Positions 37,385 to 48,894 of a DNA stretch of 64,000 bases are shown one piece after another. The stretch's first letter is position 1. Every line of letters begins with the position of its first letter. The position numbers were made by a program, and so were the translations under genes. The notes under the pieces were generated by a model. That model ran no database searches. It was not told the origin of the DNA and saw nothing but the letters and a program-made list of their open reading frames with translations. This stretch comes from Chrysomallon squamiferum (taxonomy: Eukaryota > Animalia > Mollusca): contig CM022670.1 of NCBI GenBank assembly GCA_012295275.1, forward strand, positions 10,974,001 to 11,038,000, given 5' to 3'.

Positions 37385-40300
37385 CTGTAAGAAAAAGAGA
37401 AAAAAAGAAAAAATGAAAAGGAATTGTTAACTGAACTTGGATGTGAAGATGACGTGATTTGTATAATTAATTGTGTTATTTTTTTATGTGTGGTATCAAT
37501 TACACATTTTTCTTTTTATTAATTCATATTACACACATATAAACACACACATACATAAAACATACTAATCTATGTAGCTATCAACTGAACTAAAAACAAA
37601 ATTATATCTAGAAAGCAGGGTGTAAATACAAATGTATTTCTGTGTTTATAACGAGCATCTGTTTTTATTTTATAATATGTGGCATCATGTGCACTTTATT
37701 TTGTTTTTATTAATTAACATTTATAGTATTTTCATTTAACACTTACTGGTATATAGTGAGAGAAAACAAATAAGGCAAACAGAATAGTGATTAATTTTGT
37801 TGCTATTTTTCTTAGATAAAGACAAACTGTTTAAGAACTAGAAATTATAATAAAAAGGAATGTAAATCACTTACACATGTATTTCTGGGTTCACACTGGA
37901 CTGCTGTTTTGAAATGCTCATAAGCATCTGAGAAATTGTTCTGACACAGAGCTGTCAGTCCCCTGAGAGAGATAACAATTGCACATTTAAGTATAATTTT
38001 AATTAAAATCATTTAAGTGTATATATGTAAATTTGTCTGTATGTGACTGTGTGTGTGTGTGTGAAAGAAAAAGGATCAAATATGACATCCAAGGTAGCAA
38101 TTCTGATGCATTGTGGGTGCAAACAGGTGTGTTAATTATCTATTCAAAGAAATTTTTAGGACATGATCTAAATATCTGTTCTGAAAAATCAGTGAATGAT
38201 ATATTAGCCTAACAGATAGAAAAACAATACACTTATTGTCCGTTACGGATTACCTGTTCATGGCATTCCTACAAACACCAGTGTTATCTCCCTTCTCTGT
38301 AGAACTCTCCACTTGTTTAAACACTTCTTCTGCTTTTGCAATGTTCCCCATCTGTAAACAACAGAATAATTTACCATTATTTACTAAGTCATCTTTCTAT
38401 ATTAATGTATTCTTTTATTGCTTTAAAGGTGTTTACAGTTAAAAAAAAAAATGTAATTCAATGTTCCTATCAGAGTAATGCTAATAATTTATAAATAAAA
38501 AAACAAAGACAGTAAAATGTAAGATGCTCCAGGATTTTTATTTAGAAGGGACTTAAGAGTTGCATGATCAACATTAAAATGGAAATAGAATGGTTTTTTT
38601 TGTTTGTTTTTATAAAAGCTGCATTTTCAGGGCAAGTACATTGTTTTCATTTTACACATAAAACAGATTTTGTATCTGTAAAACATTAGCTTGTAATTAT
38701 TCTTCATTAAACAAATGGTCATGAAGTAAAATTATAAAGTTTTGTCCTATCAATTTCAAATTTCAGAAACCTGAAGATAAACTCGTCCAATTCCAGTCAG
38801 AAGTGATTCTTTATCGATTTCTTTTTTTGTCAGAAGTTGTTCATATATGGTCAAGGCAGCTTCATAGTCCTGCAGATTTAAAATAATTTACAATTTACAA
38901 AAGAAAAGAACATTATGGAATATGTATTTTTGTATATATGCAAGTAAAATCTGCAAATGTTTTAGGCAAGCCCGTTATAATTATCTGGAATAAAATGAAC
39001 AGTAATCACAACTGTTTTTAAAGCTGTTGTCACAAGGGGCTTGTCATGTATCTGTAGTTTGCATAAGCAAATTTTCAGTTTATTTATAAAAATGTGCTGA
39101 GATGTAGTTATATATTTTTAGATTATAGTATAATTATCATTCATTAATATATATTTCTCATTTTTCTGTTATTCGTTTCTATTTTTATTCAGTTGTTAGT
39201 TTGAATTTGAAAATCATGTTTTAAAAATAAAATTAACTTTTGAAAATATTACCTTAATAGAGAGCAAAACTGAGGCAATTTTAAAGAGAACTTGAGTCTG
39301 TCTTTTTGTCCACAAATCTTTGGAAGCTGAATTAAAGAAATAGAAAACAAAATGTAAAAACTGAAATAATTTTTAACATTCTTTTAATGCTGATAATTGT
39401 AATCAGAAAGAAGAGCAACTTTTAAAAACACTATGAAAATCATGAACCAAAAAACATCACTGTTATAAGTTATTTAAATCAGTAATTGTTATAATCAGCC
39501 TATCTTTGAGTGAAAAATTTACTGAAAATATTTTATCTGAAAACATTATACTGTTTAAAATTTAATTATCATGCAAAAGTTATTAACAGTAAAACTGTTT
39601 TGGATTTTATGTAAATTTTTAAACATTATTGAAAACATTACTTAAGTTTCACTAAATTAACATATGTTTTTTCAATAATTGTAATTCTTCCACTTTCTTG
39701 CTCATAGCCAAGAAACATTTTTATCTTTTTATACATTTTTTACTTTTTAAATGAGAAATTTGTTTGAAAATACAATGATATAGTTGTAGAAATTAATAAT
39801 AAAACTTAAAGATATTTGTAAACTCATATTTGCTACCAACAGTAACTGTAATGAACGTGTGTGTAAAATAAGTGTCTAAAAAAATACATTTTCACCTTTT
39901 CTGCTTTCACTGGTCAACTCCACACCACTGCCATCTTCTGCTAGACCAGTCTCTAAATTCAGTAAGATCTGTTTGAAAAGAGAAAATGTCATATTCTTAT
40001 ACACTGTAATAAATTATTATTTTCCATACAAAACAGATAACTTTCAATTTCACAAAGATTATAATTATTTTCCACTAGAAAAACTAAATGTTTTTCAACT
40101 CTATCTTGTACACATATTCCATTCTTAGCAGATACAAAAATCAACATTTTTACATTTTATTACAGATACAGGATGTTCTGTTTTGTGAATGACAGTAAAG
40201 TTTTACCTTAGATGTGACTGCTAAGATGTAGTACAATCTGTCAAGTGATTCGTGATTCCTGCCTAGAAAACTGGGTAATTCTGCATGTAAGATACGCAAA

Positions 40301-43300
40301 CCAAATGGAACCATTGAACCTAAAAATAAAGTTAAATCATTAATGCTTAAATTATGTTTAAATTATCTGTATCTGTCAAAAATGTGTAAATAAATATACA
40401 GTATACACTATTAACTCAAAGACAAATATGTTTTTAATAATTAAACCAATTTCCACAGAAACATTCCTTTTTTGACTTTATTATCATTATATTTATTTAT
40501 TTTTTTATTTTCTTCTTTATTTTTTTTTTCTTGAGAAGTTAACCGATATTAAATAAATTTCTAACATTTTCATTTTAACATACCACGTCTGCCAGGAAAG
40601 ACATTTGGATAGAACTCAAAGTACAAGTCTGCAGAATCTAGTGTATGAAAAGCTTGCATTTCAGCGTCAACCATCTCATACAGCTTAAGACGGGTTAGAA
40701 GAGCAAGTCGACAAAACCACAACTGAAATGGCAAATAAACATTTACATATAAACCTGTGTGTAAAAGTAAGTGCTGTGAAATTGCCCTTCCTTCTCTTTT
40801 ATCTTAATTCAGAAAATGCACATGTAAAAGAGGAAATGTAAAAGTAAATTAGAAGAGTTATCTTTTTAAGGACTTGGTTGTAATTCTTGTTTTTTGTAAT
40901 ATACAAATATTCTTATCATAGATATTCTTATCAATGATATTATCATAGTTTAGAAAAAATTATAAAAACAACAACAAAAGTTTTTGCTGCTATCATATAT
41001 TAAGAATAATGCTATTTGTCTTCCTATTCCTAGATATTTTTAATTATAAAAAATAAATAAACAAACAAATAAATACACTGAAAATAAATAAATAAATTTG
41101 TCTTCCTAAATATTTTTAATTATAAAAATAAATAAACAAATAAATATACTGAAAACTTTTTGCTGCTACCATATATTAAGAATAATGCTATTTGTCTTCC
41201 TATTCCTAGATATTTTTAATTATGAAAAATAAAAAATAAATAAATAAATTGAAAATGTCCAAGATTGTGGGATGCAAGGTTAGCTGAGTGAAAAATTTAC
41301 ACGAATGACTATATCAATCTGGCTTAGAATGTTTAATGATATCAATAAAGCAGAAAACACTTTTGTCTGATGGACGTCAAACTGTAGTAAATGTATTAAG
41401 AAATCATTTAAGTTTAATGAGACACATACTTGTAATGTTTCTGGGGTGTGTTGTGTAAAGGATTCACTGGTTGTCTCACCCTGTCCAGCATCAGTCAGTA
41501 AAATTCTAGTGAGATCAACAGCTGCTCTAAGATAACCAGCATCCTAAAAATAACAAAAAATAAAAAAGTAAAAAATAAAAGAAAGTTGTAAATCTTTAGT
41601 TTGAGAAATTATGGAAGATCATTTTTATTTTATTTCCAAGAAAGATAATAATGAAAGTAAAGACTTTACTCTCATTATTATCTTTCTAGGAAATTAAATA
41701 TAAATTATCTTTCAGCATTTCTCACAGTAAATATGTCTTGTGAGACCTGTGATTCTAACAATAAGAATATACTTACACATATGAAGAGTCTAAGTAAGAA
41801 TTCAAGAATCATACTACAGGTAGACTAAGATAAATATATGTTTCATACGTTGTCAGTTTCATAAGGCTAGCATGTATTCAAATATAAAAAAAATTATAAA
41901 GTTATATTTATTATTTAAATTAAAATGTAATATTTGATTTAAAAAAAAAAAAAAAAAAAAAGTGATGTTAAAAATAATAATAAAAATGAATTAAAAATGT
42001 TAATTATAAAATTTAATAAGAATATATATAATAAGCATGGCTATTCACTGTAATAAATTAAACAAGTGATTCCACTTACTATTAGTTTCTGAAGTCCTTT
42101 AGTGTCCTGTGTAACTGAATCAGCTGTTAAAGACAGTCGCTTTATCGCTTCTTGCTCTCCCATATACTGGCACACTAAATCTCTAACAGGATCACCCTAA
42201 GGAAAAAAGTATCCTACATATATAGCTGATCACAAAATAAATACAGTCGTATCAACTATTTTACTGTTAATCATTAGTGAAAATAAAAATTTCAGTGACA
42301 TATTAATCAATTAACTTGCTATTACAAAGGATTTCAAAATGTAGTTGTCAACTATTATTAATATTACAGATTTTGTTAAATTGTTATATAGCTTCTTTTA
42401 AAACAAAATAGATAGTCAGACATTGATAACATTACAGTAGTCTTAAATAATGAATTTAAAAAAAAATTAAAAACATCATAATCGTACCAAAGGTTTATTG
42501 TGTAAAACTATTGGTGTACACAGCTGTTCCAGTGTTGGTAGGTAAGTCCCTGGTTGACTAGTTGCCATGGCAAACAACATATTTCTGGTGGCATCAGAAG
42601 GAATCCAGGCATCAAACCTTCTGTCAGCATCACTTGCGCCAATACTTGCAGTGAAAGGATCATCTGACGAGGTTTCTCCAGCCAGTGAAGAAAACACAGA
42701 AGGAACTGCCTGGTGATATGGACTAGATGGAACAGAACTCTGTCTGTCAAATGTTGGAGACACAAATGATGACACTTCAGGCGAAACTTGACCAGTTGAG
42801 TTTGCTTTGTGAACTGGGGTAGACAGAGGAGACAGCTGTGTTGGTGTTGTTCCCACACATGGAGTCTGATGTAGTGACTGGTGGTATCCAGGATGTAAAG
42901 AATCTACAGATTTGCTCTCCATTGCAGTTTTCATTGGTGACTCGGGTTCATAGGAATTAGCTTGGTCAGTAGGAGCACAATCACCTTCACCTCCCTGAGC
43001 TGTAAACGACTCAAACTCATCATTCTGGTCTAGAAATTCCTGTGTCTGGGTCTTGCCCTCTGTGTTACCTGATGATACTGGAATCTCACCTTCAAATGAC
43101 AATGGCTCAGGTTCTGATGAAGTAACCATATCTTCTTCATGGGCAATACCAAGATTATTGTTAGAGGATCTGTTATACATTTTCTGTGTATCAGTTTCAT
43201 TTTGGTCTACAGTAGACTGTGACCAAGAATGTTCAAAGTCAATCTGTTGTTTACTATCTTGCTCTGATTCTGTAGTATCTGTTTCTAGCAGGCTTTCTTC

Positions 43301-43819
43301 AACAGCTGTTTCATACTGTTCAGATTCACAAATGGTATCAGCTTCTTTGGTCACTCCACTGGCTATTGAATCAAAGAAATCACCACCAGCAGAATCTGAT
43401 GCACTAAAATAACTGCTAAGATCTGGCTGTTCATTTTCTGGGCCCTCAAGATTAATACTATCGTCCATCTTTACCGAAGTAAATGCATCCTGCAAATGTT
43501 TTTTGGAATCATTTTCTTTCTGATCATTTGCTGAACAAGGGCTAAGAACTCTGTCAGAGTTCTGATCCGAAGGTGAGCTTAATGTAATGTCCTCTTCCAC
43601 AGCAGCTCCAGCTTGAAAGGTAATTGCCCCAGACTGATCATCAACAGCAGTATTTTGTGTTTCTGTGTTATCATCTTGTCCTTCTACTGGTGGAGGGTCC
43701 AAGGTAACAGATTCTAAAGTGTCAGTAGTGGCAGAATGTGACAAAGAAAAGTTACTTTCTGGTACATCCAAATGACTGCCACTGTCATGACTGTTTTCTT
43801 CAACTCTGTCTATTTCCAT
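37142..43819 (-). CDS. TRAPPC12: Trafficking protein particle complex subunit 12 (TRAPPC12/TTC15/TRAMM), 11 coding exons, 829 aa
   Basis: Exons 43819-42488, 42196-42080, 41543-41430, 40722-40584, 40319-40207, 39968-39896, 39326-39253, 38869-38771, 38351-38254, 37962-37875 and 37384-37142 join in phase (2490 nt). Acidic disordered N-terminus, then [47 protein letters not shown] and TPR C-terminus [36 protein letters not shown]. Confidence 0.96.
37875..37962 (-). CDS. TRAPPC12: TRAPPC12 coding exon 10
   Basis: [29 protein letters not shown]|gtaagt. Confidence 0.92.
38254..38351 (-). CDS. TRAPPC12: TRAPPC12 coding exon 9
   Basis: [32 protein letters not shown](R)|gtaatc. Confidence 0.9.
38771..38869 (-). 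CDS. TRAPPC12: TRAPPC12 coding exon 8
   Basis: [33 protein letters not shown]|gtttct (weak donor). Confidence 0.92.
39253..39326 (-). CDS. TRAPPC12: TRAPPC12 coding exon 7
   Basis: [25 protein letters not shown]|gtaata. Confidence 0.92.
39896..39968 (-). CDS. TRAPPC12: TRAPPC12 coding exon 6
   Basis: [24 protein letters not shown]|gtgaaa. Confidence 0.92.
40207..40319 (-). CDS. TRAPPC12: TRAPPC12 coding exon 5
   Basis: [38 protein letters not shown]|gtaaaa. Confidence 0.95.
40584..40722 (-). CDS. TRAPPC12: TRAPPC12 coding exon 4
   Basis: [46 protein letters not shown]|gtatgt. Confidence 0.95.
40978..41240. repeat. Local tandem duplication within a TRAPPC12 intron
   Basis: tttttgctgcta(t/c)catatattaagaataatgctatttgtcttcctattcctagatatttttaattat occurs near 40981 and 41157, with a partial copy between them. 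Confidence 0.85.
41430..41543 (-). CDS. TRAPPC12: TRAPPC12 coding exon 3
   Basis: [38 protein letters not shown]|gtatgt. Confidence 0.93.
42080..42196 (-). CDS. TRAPPC12: TRAPPC12 coding exon 2
   Basis: [39 protein letters not shown]|gtaagt. Confidence 0.93.
42488..43819 (-). CDS. TRAPPC12: TRAPPC12 coding exon 1 (444 codons, acidic and Ser-rich)
   Basis: 447-aa ORF cut at donor gtacga after ..HNKPL; contains [14 protein letters not shown]. Confidence 0.93.
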
Positions 43820-44099
43820 GATGTATTAACAGCTGATTTCATAGAAGAAAAATGAATATAAATTTATAGAGAAAAAATATATTTTGCAAAATGAATAAAA
43901 ATACAACAGAAAAAAAAAGCTTAAATAAAGTTATATTAATAACATATGTGAATTATCTTTCAAATGAACAAATAAATAAATAAACCGTCTCTCTCTCTCT
44001 CTGTGTTGTTCTTTTTTTGTCTTGTTTGTCTTTTTTCTTTTTAAATTCCCACATAAACGTCGAGTCCCATTTGTTGATTTAACTTCACCGAATAACAGA

Positions 44100-44460
44100 A
44101 CCACTGAAGGATAGGGCGGACTCTTTCATAAAAATTAAATAAATAAATAAATAAAATAATCAGTTTATAAAGGTTCGTACGATATTTATTGAAGATAACC
44201 AACAAACAAAGCGCATGCCTAGAAACTACTTCCTGTTCCTAGTAGGAAGTCGATTTTCGTAGGACAGATATTAATTTAACAGTTGAATAGAATTGTTAAA
44301 GAGTAAACGTTTCTAACATTAATTAGTCTTTCTATAATAGTAATATAGTCCCTTAGGATTACATCAAAAAGGAGTAAATGATCTTGTAACTCACCCTGAC
44401 GACGTGTCTCCAGTAAAGACAATTGTTTGGAGAGCGTGCGCAGATGATGGCGTGTGCTAT
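44100..44460 (-). promoter_or_regulatory. Probable TRAPPC12 promoter and non-coding first exon
   Basis: Acceptor tcag about 13 nt upstream of the ATG (exon from 43832). Minus-strand donor GTGAGT at 44394-44389. Housekeeping-type motifs: GGGCGG near 44114, GCGCATGCC near 44211, inverted ETS-like ACTTCCT/AGGAAGT at 44228-44250, GCGTGCGCA near 44434. Confidence 0.55.
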
Positions 44461-45016
44461 TACTAGTAGTAGTATTAGTGCAACGGCTGGTTAACAGTTA
44501 CTTTAATTAGAAATGGCAGTATTATAATTTTTGGTTTATTTATTTATTTTAAAAAATGTTACAGACGCATTTTCATCAGTTTGTGACTGATGTTTTGGGG
44601 TTGTTTTATTTACTCCTTAAAATGTGTTTTGCTATTAGTATTAACTATTATTATTAGACAGTTACACTGAGTTAAGCAAGAGACGGAATCTATGTACATG
44701 GCTCAACCACAGTTTCGCTTCAGCATACAGCACAAAGTTCATTGACATATTTTTGATAAACAATGGAGAATCAACAGATATGTTTAACGTATCATCAAAA
44801 TGATCGTCCTATTGACATATGACTAAGGTAAATTTATTACTGTTACAGTGGTAGAAAACCAAGTAAATTATATGCTCTTTTTTTTTCAGCACAAACATCA
44901 GCATAATCGTGAATGTTCATCAAGTGTTACTACAACAGTATCTTTATTTGGGCTATTTTGGTTGAACCTGTCACTTCCTTCACAAAGTGTTATTGTGTGT
45001 ATATGTCTGTTTTCAG

Positions 45017-45909
45017 GTTGGGGACAGAAAAAAAGTTTGACGAGAGAGAGCCTCATGGAGGAAGCCAGTGAACTTGAAAGGGAACAGTTCAAAGCAGAAA
45101 AATAGCCCATTGGCAGAAGAGAGGCGAGTTCAACTTCACTTTTGATATAAGAAGCAAGCTACATTACCAGCCAGGGCAGCGAGTAAAGCAGAGATTGGTT
45201 CCAGTATGCCCAAAGGTCTGGAATCCAGCAGTAGAGGAGTTCGATGACACAGACAACTCACCAGAAGACTCAAATGACGACTGCTTACTACAGGAAGCCC
45301 CAACACACCTTTGTTCTCAGAACCCAGTACAACTGAATACAAGTGAGTACAAGTGTGTGTGTGTGTGTCCAAGCAAGAGTGGATGACTGGGTATTTATAA
45401 GGGAGATGGCTATGTGTTTGTTTCATAAATTAGTGTTCTCCATCTATTTTGTGTATTGTTTTTTTAACATGATCTTTTTTATTGCTAAGAACAATCATTT
45501 GTCTTTATTGTTGAGATGATTAAATGCAAGTGTTACTCATGTGTAATATGCACATATGATCGTATCTATTTGAATTTAGCTTACCTGCCAGCAAAGAAAT
45601 TACTGATTATTTTACACACTTCTGATTAATTTTGTTACACTGGAACTCATGTTTTGTTTCTTTTGTATTTTCCAGGCAAGATTTTCTTGATAGAAAGGTA
45701 AACATTGAGAAAAGAAGAGCTGTAAGTAAACACATTGGCTGCAAATCAGAAGAAAAAAAAAGAAGAATGAAAGGATAAGAATTGAGCTTCTGCACGCTGA
45801 GCAGCAGAATAGGAAGAAGAGAGGATGAAGAAAAAGACAAATGTGTGAAAGACAAGGCGAAATGACAGATGCTTTGTTAAATTTCATGGAAAAGTTCAAT
45901 TCAAAATGA
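45017..45909 (+). pseudogene. Remnant of the Harbinger accessory (Myb/SANT-associated coiled-coil) gene, two exon remnants
   Basis: Acceptor tttcag at 45016, GTEKKFDERE/SLMEEASELEREQFKAEK with stops and frameshifts, donor gtgagt near 45343, acceptor ttccag near 45674, and tail ..ERQGEMTDALLNFMEKFNSK-TGA followed directly by AATAAA. The Myb domain itself is not visible. Confidence 0.6.
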
Positions 45910-46189
45910 AATAAAGCACTGACCTTGTTTTCATTTGTGTTAGTTTTAATGGTTTCCTGATATATGTGTCACATATTCAATTATCCAATATTATTTGAGG
46001 CAATTACCATAAATTCAACTTATTTTGTTAAAAATATTGTTACTTGGGGCAAATTTATCACACTTAAGGTATTTTATTCCTTGTTGTCTATTACTGTTTA
46101 CCGATCACAACAAATTAAGAACATGTACAAAATTTCACCCTTCTTTATGAAAAACAAGCAAGAAATCTCAGGGCAGTGACAGATATTCA

Positions 46190-46950
46190 AAAATAGGTTA
46201 TAGATGTTGTCAATGTATTGCAGGCTGTATGTGCCTCAGCCTTGTATTCAAAATTTGATCACCAGCAGAATGTCTTGCAATGGGAGGTAAAATTCAAAAT
46301 TAATTTTGTCAGAATCTGGCTTTGTATAACCATGGTAGCATTAAAATCCACAAATGTGAAGATCTGCACCACTTTGTCAAACCCACATTCTAAATGCTGC
46401 CGAATAGCAGACATGTCTTTGTTGAAGGCTCTTCGCTGCTTAATGAGATTGGCTGACCTAAAGAGGCAAAAGAGATGATCCTTCAGGGAGTATGCTGGGT
46501 CTCCACATAGGAAAACCAGATTTCCATTCACAACATTGATCTAGGTCTAAACGTGGAAGAAGACCACTGTCGTGTCTAGTACCAATGTAGGGCCCAGACA
46601 AGCTGACAACATCCTTTGGGTGCCATCAGTGACAGAAAAAAATGTGATATGTTTTCTCTTATGGCAGGCCACTAATGATGACACTTTGTATCCGAAGTTG
46701 TCAGTGATGTAGTTAGACACGTTTAACAGTCTCAAATCATAAAATTGACATGGGTATGCAAAACCAGGCGAAATTCAAATGAAACGTACACAAATATATG
46801 TTTCACAAATCACAAGGTCACGAATTACAAGCAAATTGCACAAATGATATGTTTCTTCTTGTCTTAAAAGTAACATACTCCGTGGCTTGGCATTGGTTCA
46901 GTTTCCACCTCCTCGCAGAGTGCCAGCAACAATCTTATAGCCAAGTCCAT
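46190..46950 (-). pseudogene. Harbinger/HARBI1-like DDE transposase pseudogene
   Basis: Ordered remnants across frameshifts: FAYPCQFYDL, HKRKH, GPYIGTRHDSGLL and LCGDPAYSLKDHLFCLFRSANLIKQRRAFNKDMSAIRQHLECGFDKVVQIFTFVDF (family pattern GDPAY..FNxxMSxVRxxVEWGFG). Confidence 0.85.
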
Positions 46951-48144
46951 CTCATCAGCAATGATCTGTAGATACGCATCTTTTCATTACAGTAATTTTC
47001 AGTTACACACTTAAATTACCAGAGAACAGCCTAACAATAAATACATTACGTAAAACAGAAACTTTTAAGTTACTAAATATAGTCATGACTATTGTAGTAA
47101 GTGAAAAAGGTGACACAATAATAAACTATTCACAGCAATAATAATAATAACCTTTTTTCCACTTGAACAAAACTGTCTTAAATTTGTTTTAGGCTGTGTG
47201 ATCAGCCTACATACGAAAATTACAGGAATGGTGTAGCAGAGATCAGCCACGTGAAGAGATGACCCCGGCGCTAGTTTGGAAAATGTAGGCTTACAATGAG
47301 CTTCATTGTCTGCATCGTGCCAGTGACCACAAAGCAAGTCGTTTTCAGTGGACAGCCACTGAAATATATTTAAAAAAACATCACTTACCTGCAGACTCCA
47401 GAGACTACAGACTGGACTGGACACTGAGTAGCCATCACAGAGAAATTAGCTAAACCTGTTTGTTATCAGCAAATAATCGAGATAAATGTGCGTAATAATT
47501 TTTTTCTTCTAAAAAATATAACATATAAATTACAATTTATTGAATAACAACATTTTTATTTGTAAACAATTATATTCAATTTCATCTTCAAATAAACATC
47601 GTTGGTCATATTATCTCTAGATCGTGTAAATACATCTCAAGGTCTAGGTCTCTAACTTGTGATTTTTCAAGTAGTGAACTGGACACGGCAAACTTTAACA
47701 GTGCATTTCTGGATGAAACGGGTAGGAATCATTCACTGCCATATTGTTTGTCCCAGTAGAATTTTGCCTTTTACTTTCTCTATAAACTACTATACAGAGA
47801 CGGTCCATAACAATGGGAATCACTGTCAAAACCTTTTCTTTCTATTTTGTTATTTCCTTTAAACTGTTTTCTTTCTTTCATCATAAGATAAAACGCCACC
47901 ATCATTACATCTGTTATGAGTCTGTATTAGTTTCGTCAGTTTTAAAGACTTCATCTTACAGGCCAGGGCTGCATCTTCCTCAGAACATACTTCAGCTGAA
48001 CATCCAGCTTTGTCGACCAGCGACTTGTTTCTTATTTGTTCTCTATTAAACAAACTTTCACTCGAACCATTAAAAAGAAACATCTGATTTCATTTCTTTG
48101 AAGCTGTTTCTTTTGTTCTGGCCACAACTGATTAACAGTTGTGA

Positions 48145-48894
48145 TTATCCATCGACAGCTGATTTGCGAAAATTTATTGACTTGTCCATAGACTCCTTAA
48201 ACAGTGCTGTGCTGAAGCTTTGATCTTCAGAATCAGAAGGCGAGAAACAAAAATCTGGTGCGTTTTGAAAAAAGGAACTGCAAGAATCTTTTGGTAGTTG
48301 ATTAAACGTTTTTTGTTCTCTTTCACTGTGTTGACTAATTTCGTTGGTATTGCACTTGCCACAGTATGGGATATCATTTTCATCTGCATTTACTAACTTT
48401 TCAGCGGATTTATACGAGCGTTTAGATACCGAGTGCATTTCAGTTTCATCCAGAATCAAAGTGTTTTCTTCCACGAATGATGTCTCTCCGTCGAATGCAG
48501 ACTGTTTATCCTGAAACGACTGGGTTGAGAAATTGAGTTTTCTCAGTTTTCTACTGGGGAAACTTTTGTGCTGTTTTTCGTATCTTTTCACATCTTCATA
48601 ACATGGCTGACGCTTAGACTGATTTAATCGAGATCGAGGACTTTTAAGCTGCTTGCCATGGTTAATGTTAGCCATCAGCCAGCAACGTTTTTTTCTTTTC
48701 TTTGTATTTTTCTCACTGTTCATCTGTTTTTCAGAATACCTCAGGTAAGTGGCGATTTCATCATCGACATCTATTTTGTTCTTGCAGAGATAACTTACGA
48801 CAAAGGCAACGATGCCAAGACAGTAGAAGCTAATAGTACAAACGATATACAGCATGGCGCCATTTTGGTCGTATGGCCTGGTTGTGTTATACAT
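48145..48894 (-). CDS. Intronless single-pass membrane protein, 249 aa, with a KCNE/MinK-like TM segment; possibly a truncated or decaying gene
   Basis: Non-repetitive 750-nt ORF. N-glycosylation sequon NTT, one hydrophobic helix AMLYIVCTISFYCLGIVAFVVSYL, basic juxtamembrane region (KNTKKRKKR) and a long hydrophilic tail. Confidence 0.65.
   Translation of the reverse strand: MYNTTRPYDQNGAMLYIVCTISFYCLGIVAFVVSYLCKNKIDVDDEIATYLRYSEKQMNSEKNTKKRKKRCWLMANINHGKQLKSPRSRLNQSKRQPCYEDVKRYEKQHKSFPSRKLRKLNFSTQSFQDKQSAFDGETSFVEENTLILDETEMHSVSKRSYKSAEKLVNADENDIPYCGKCNTNEISQHSEREQKTFNQLPKDSCSSFFQNAPDFCFSPSDSEDQSFSTALFKESMDKSINFRKSAVDG

Larger units (their letters stand above)
45017..46950. mobile_element. 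Decayed Harbinger/PIF-superfamily transposon (convergent accessory gene and transposase); termini not identified
   Basis: Tail-to-tail arrangement of the two pseudogenes listed next, as known for Harbinger elements. Confidence 0.75.

Noticed and set aside
43053-43412. 119-aa + strand ORF (and the 116-aa alternate-frame ORF at 42508-42858)
   Set aside because: Antisense or off-frame shadows of TRAPPC12 coding exon 1.
46600-46640. VTDGT as the first catalytic Asp of the Harbinger transposase
   Set aside because: It lies after HKRKH, the wrong order for the family, and in a frameshifted segment; probably coincidental.
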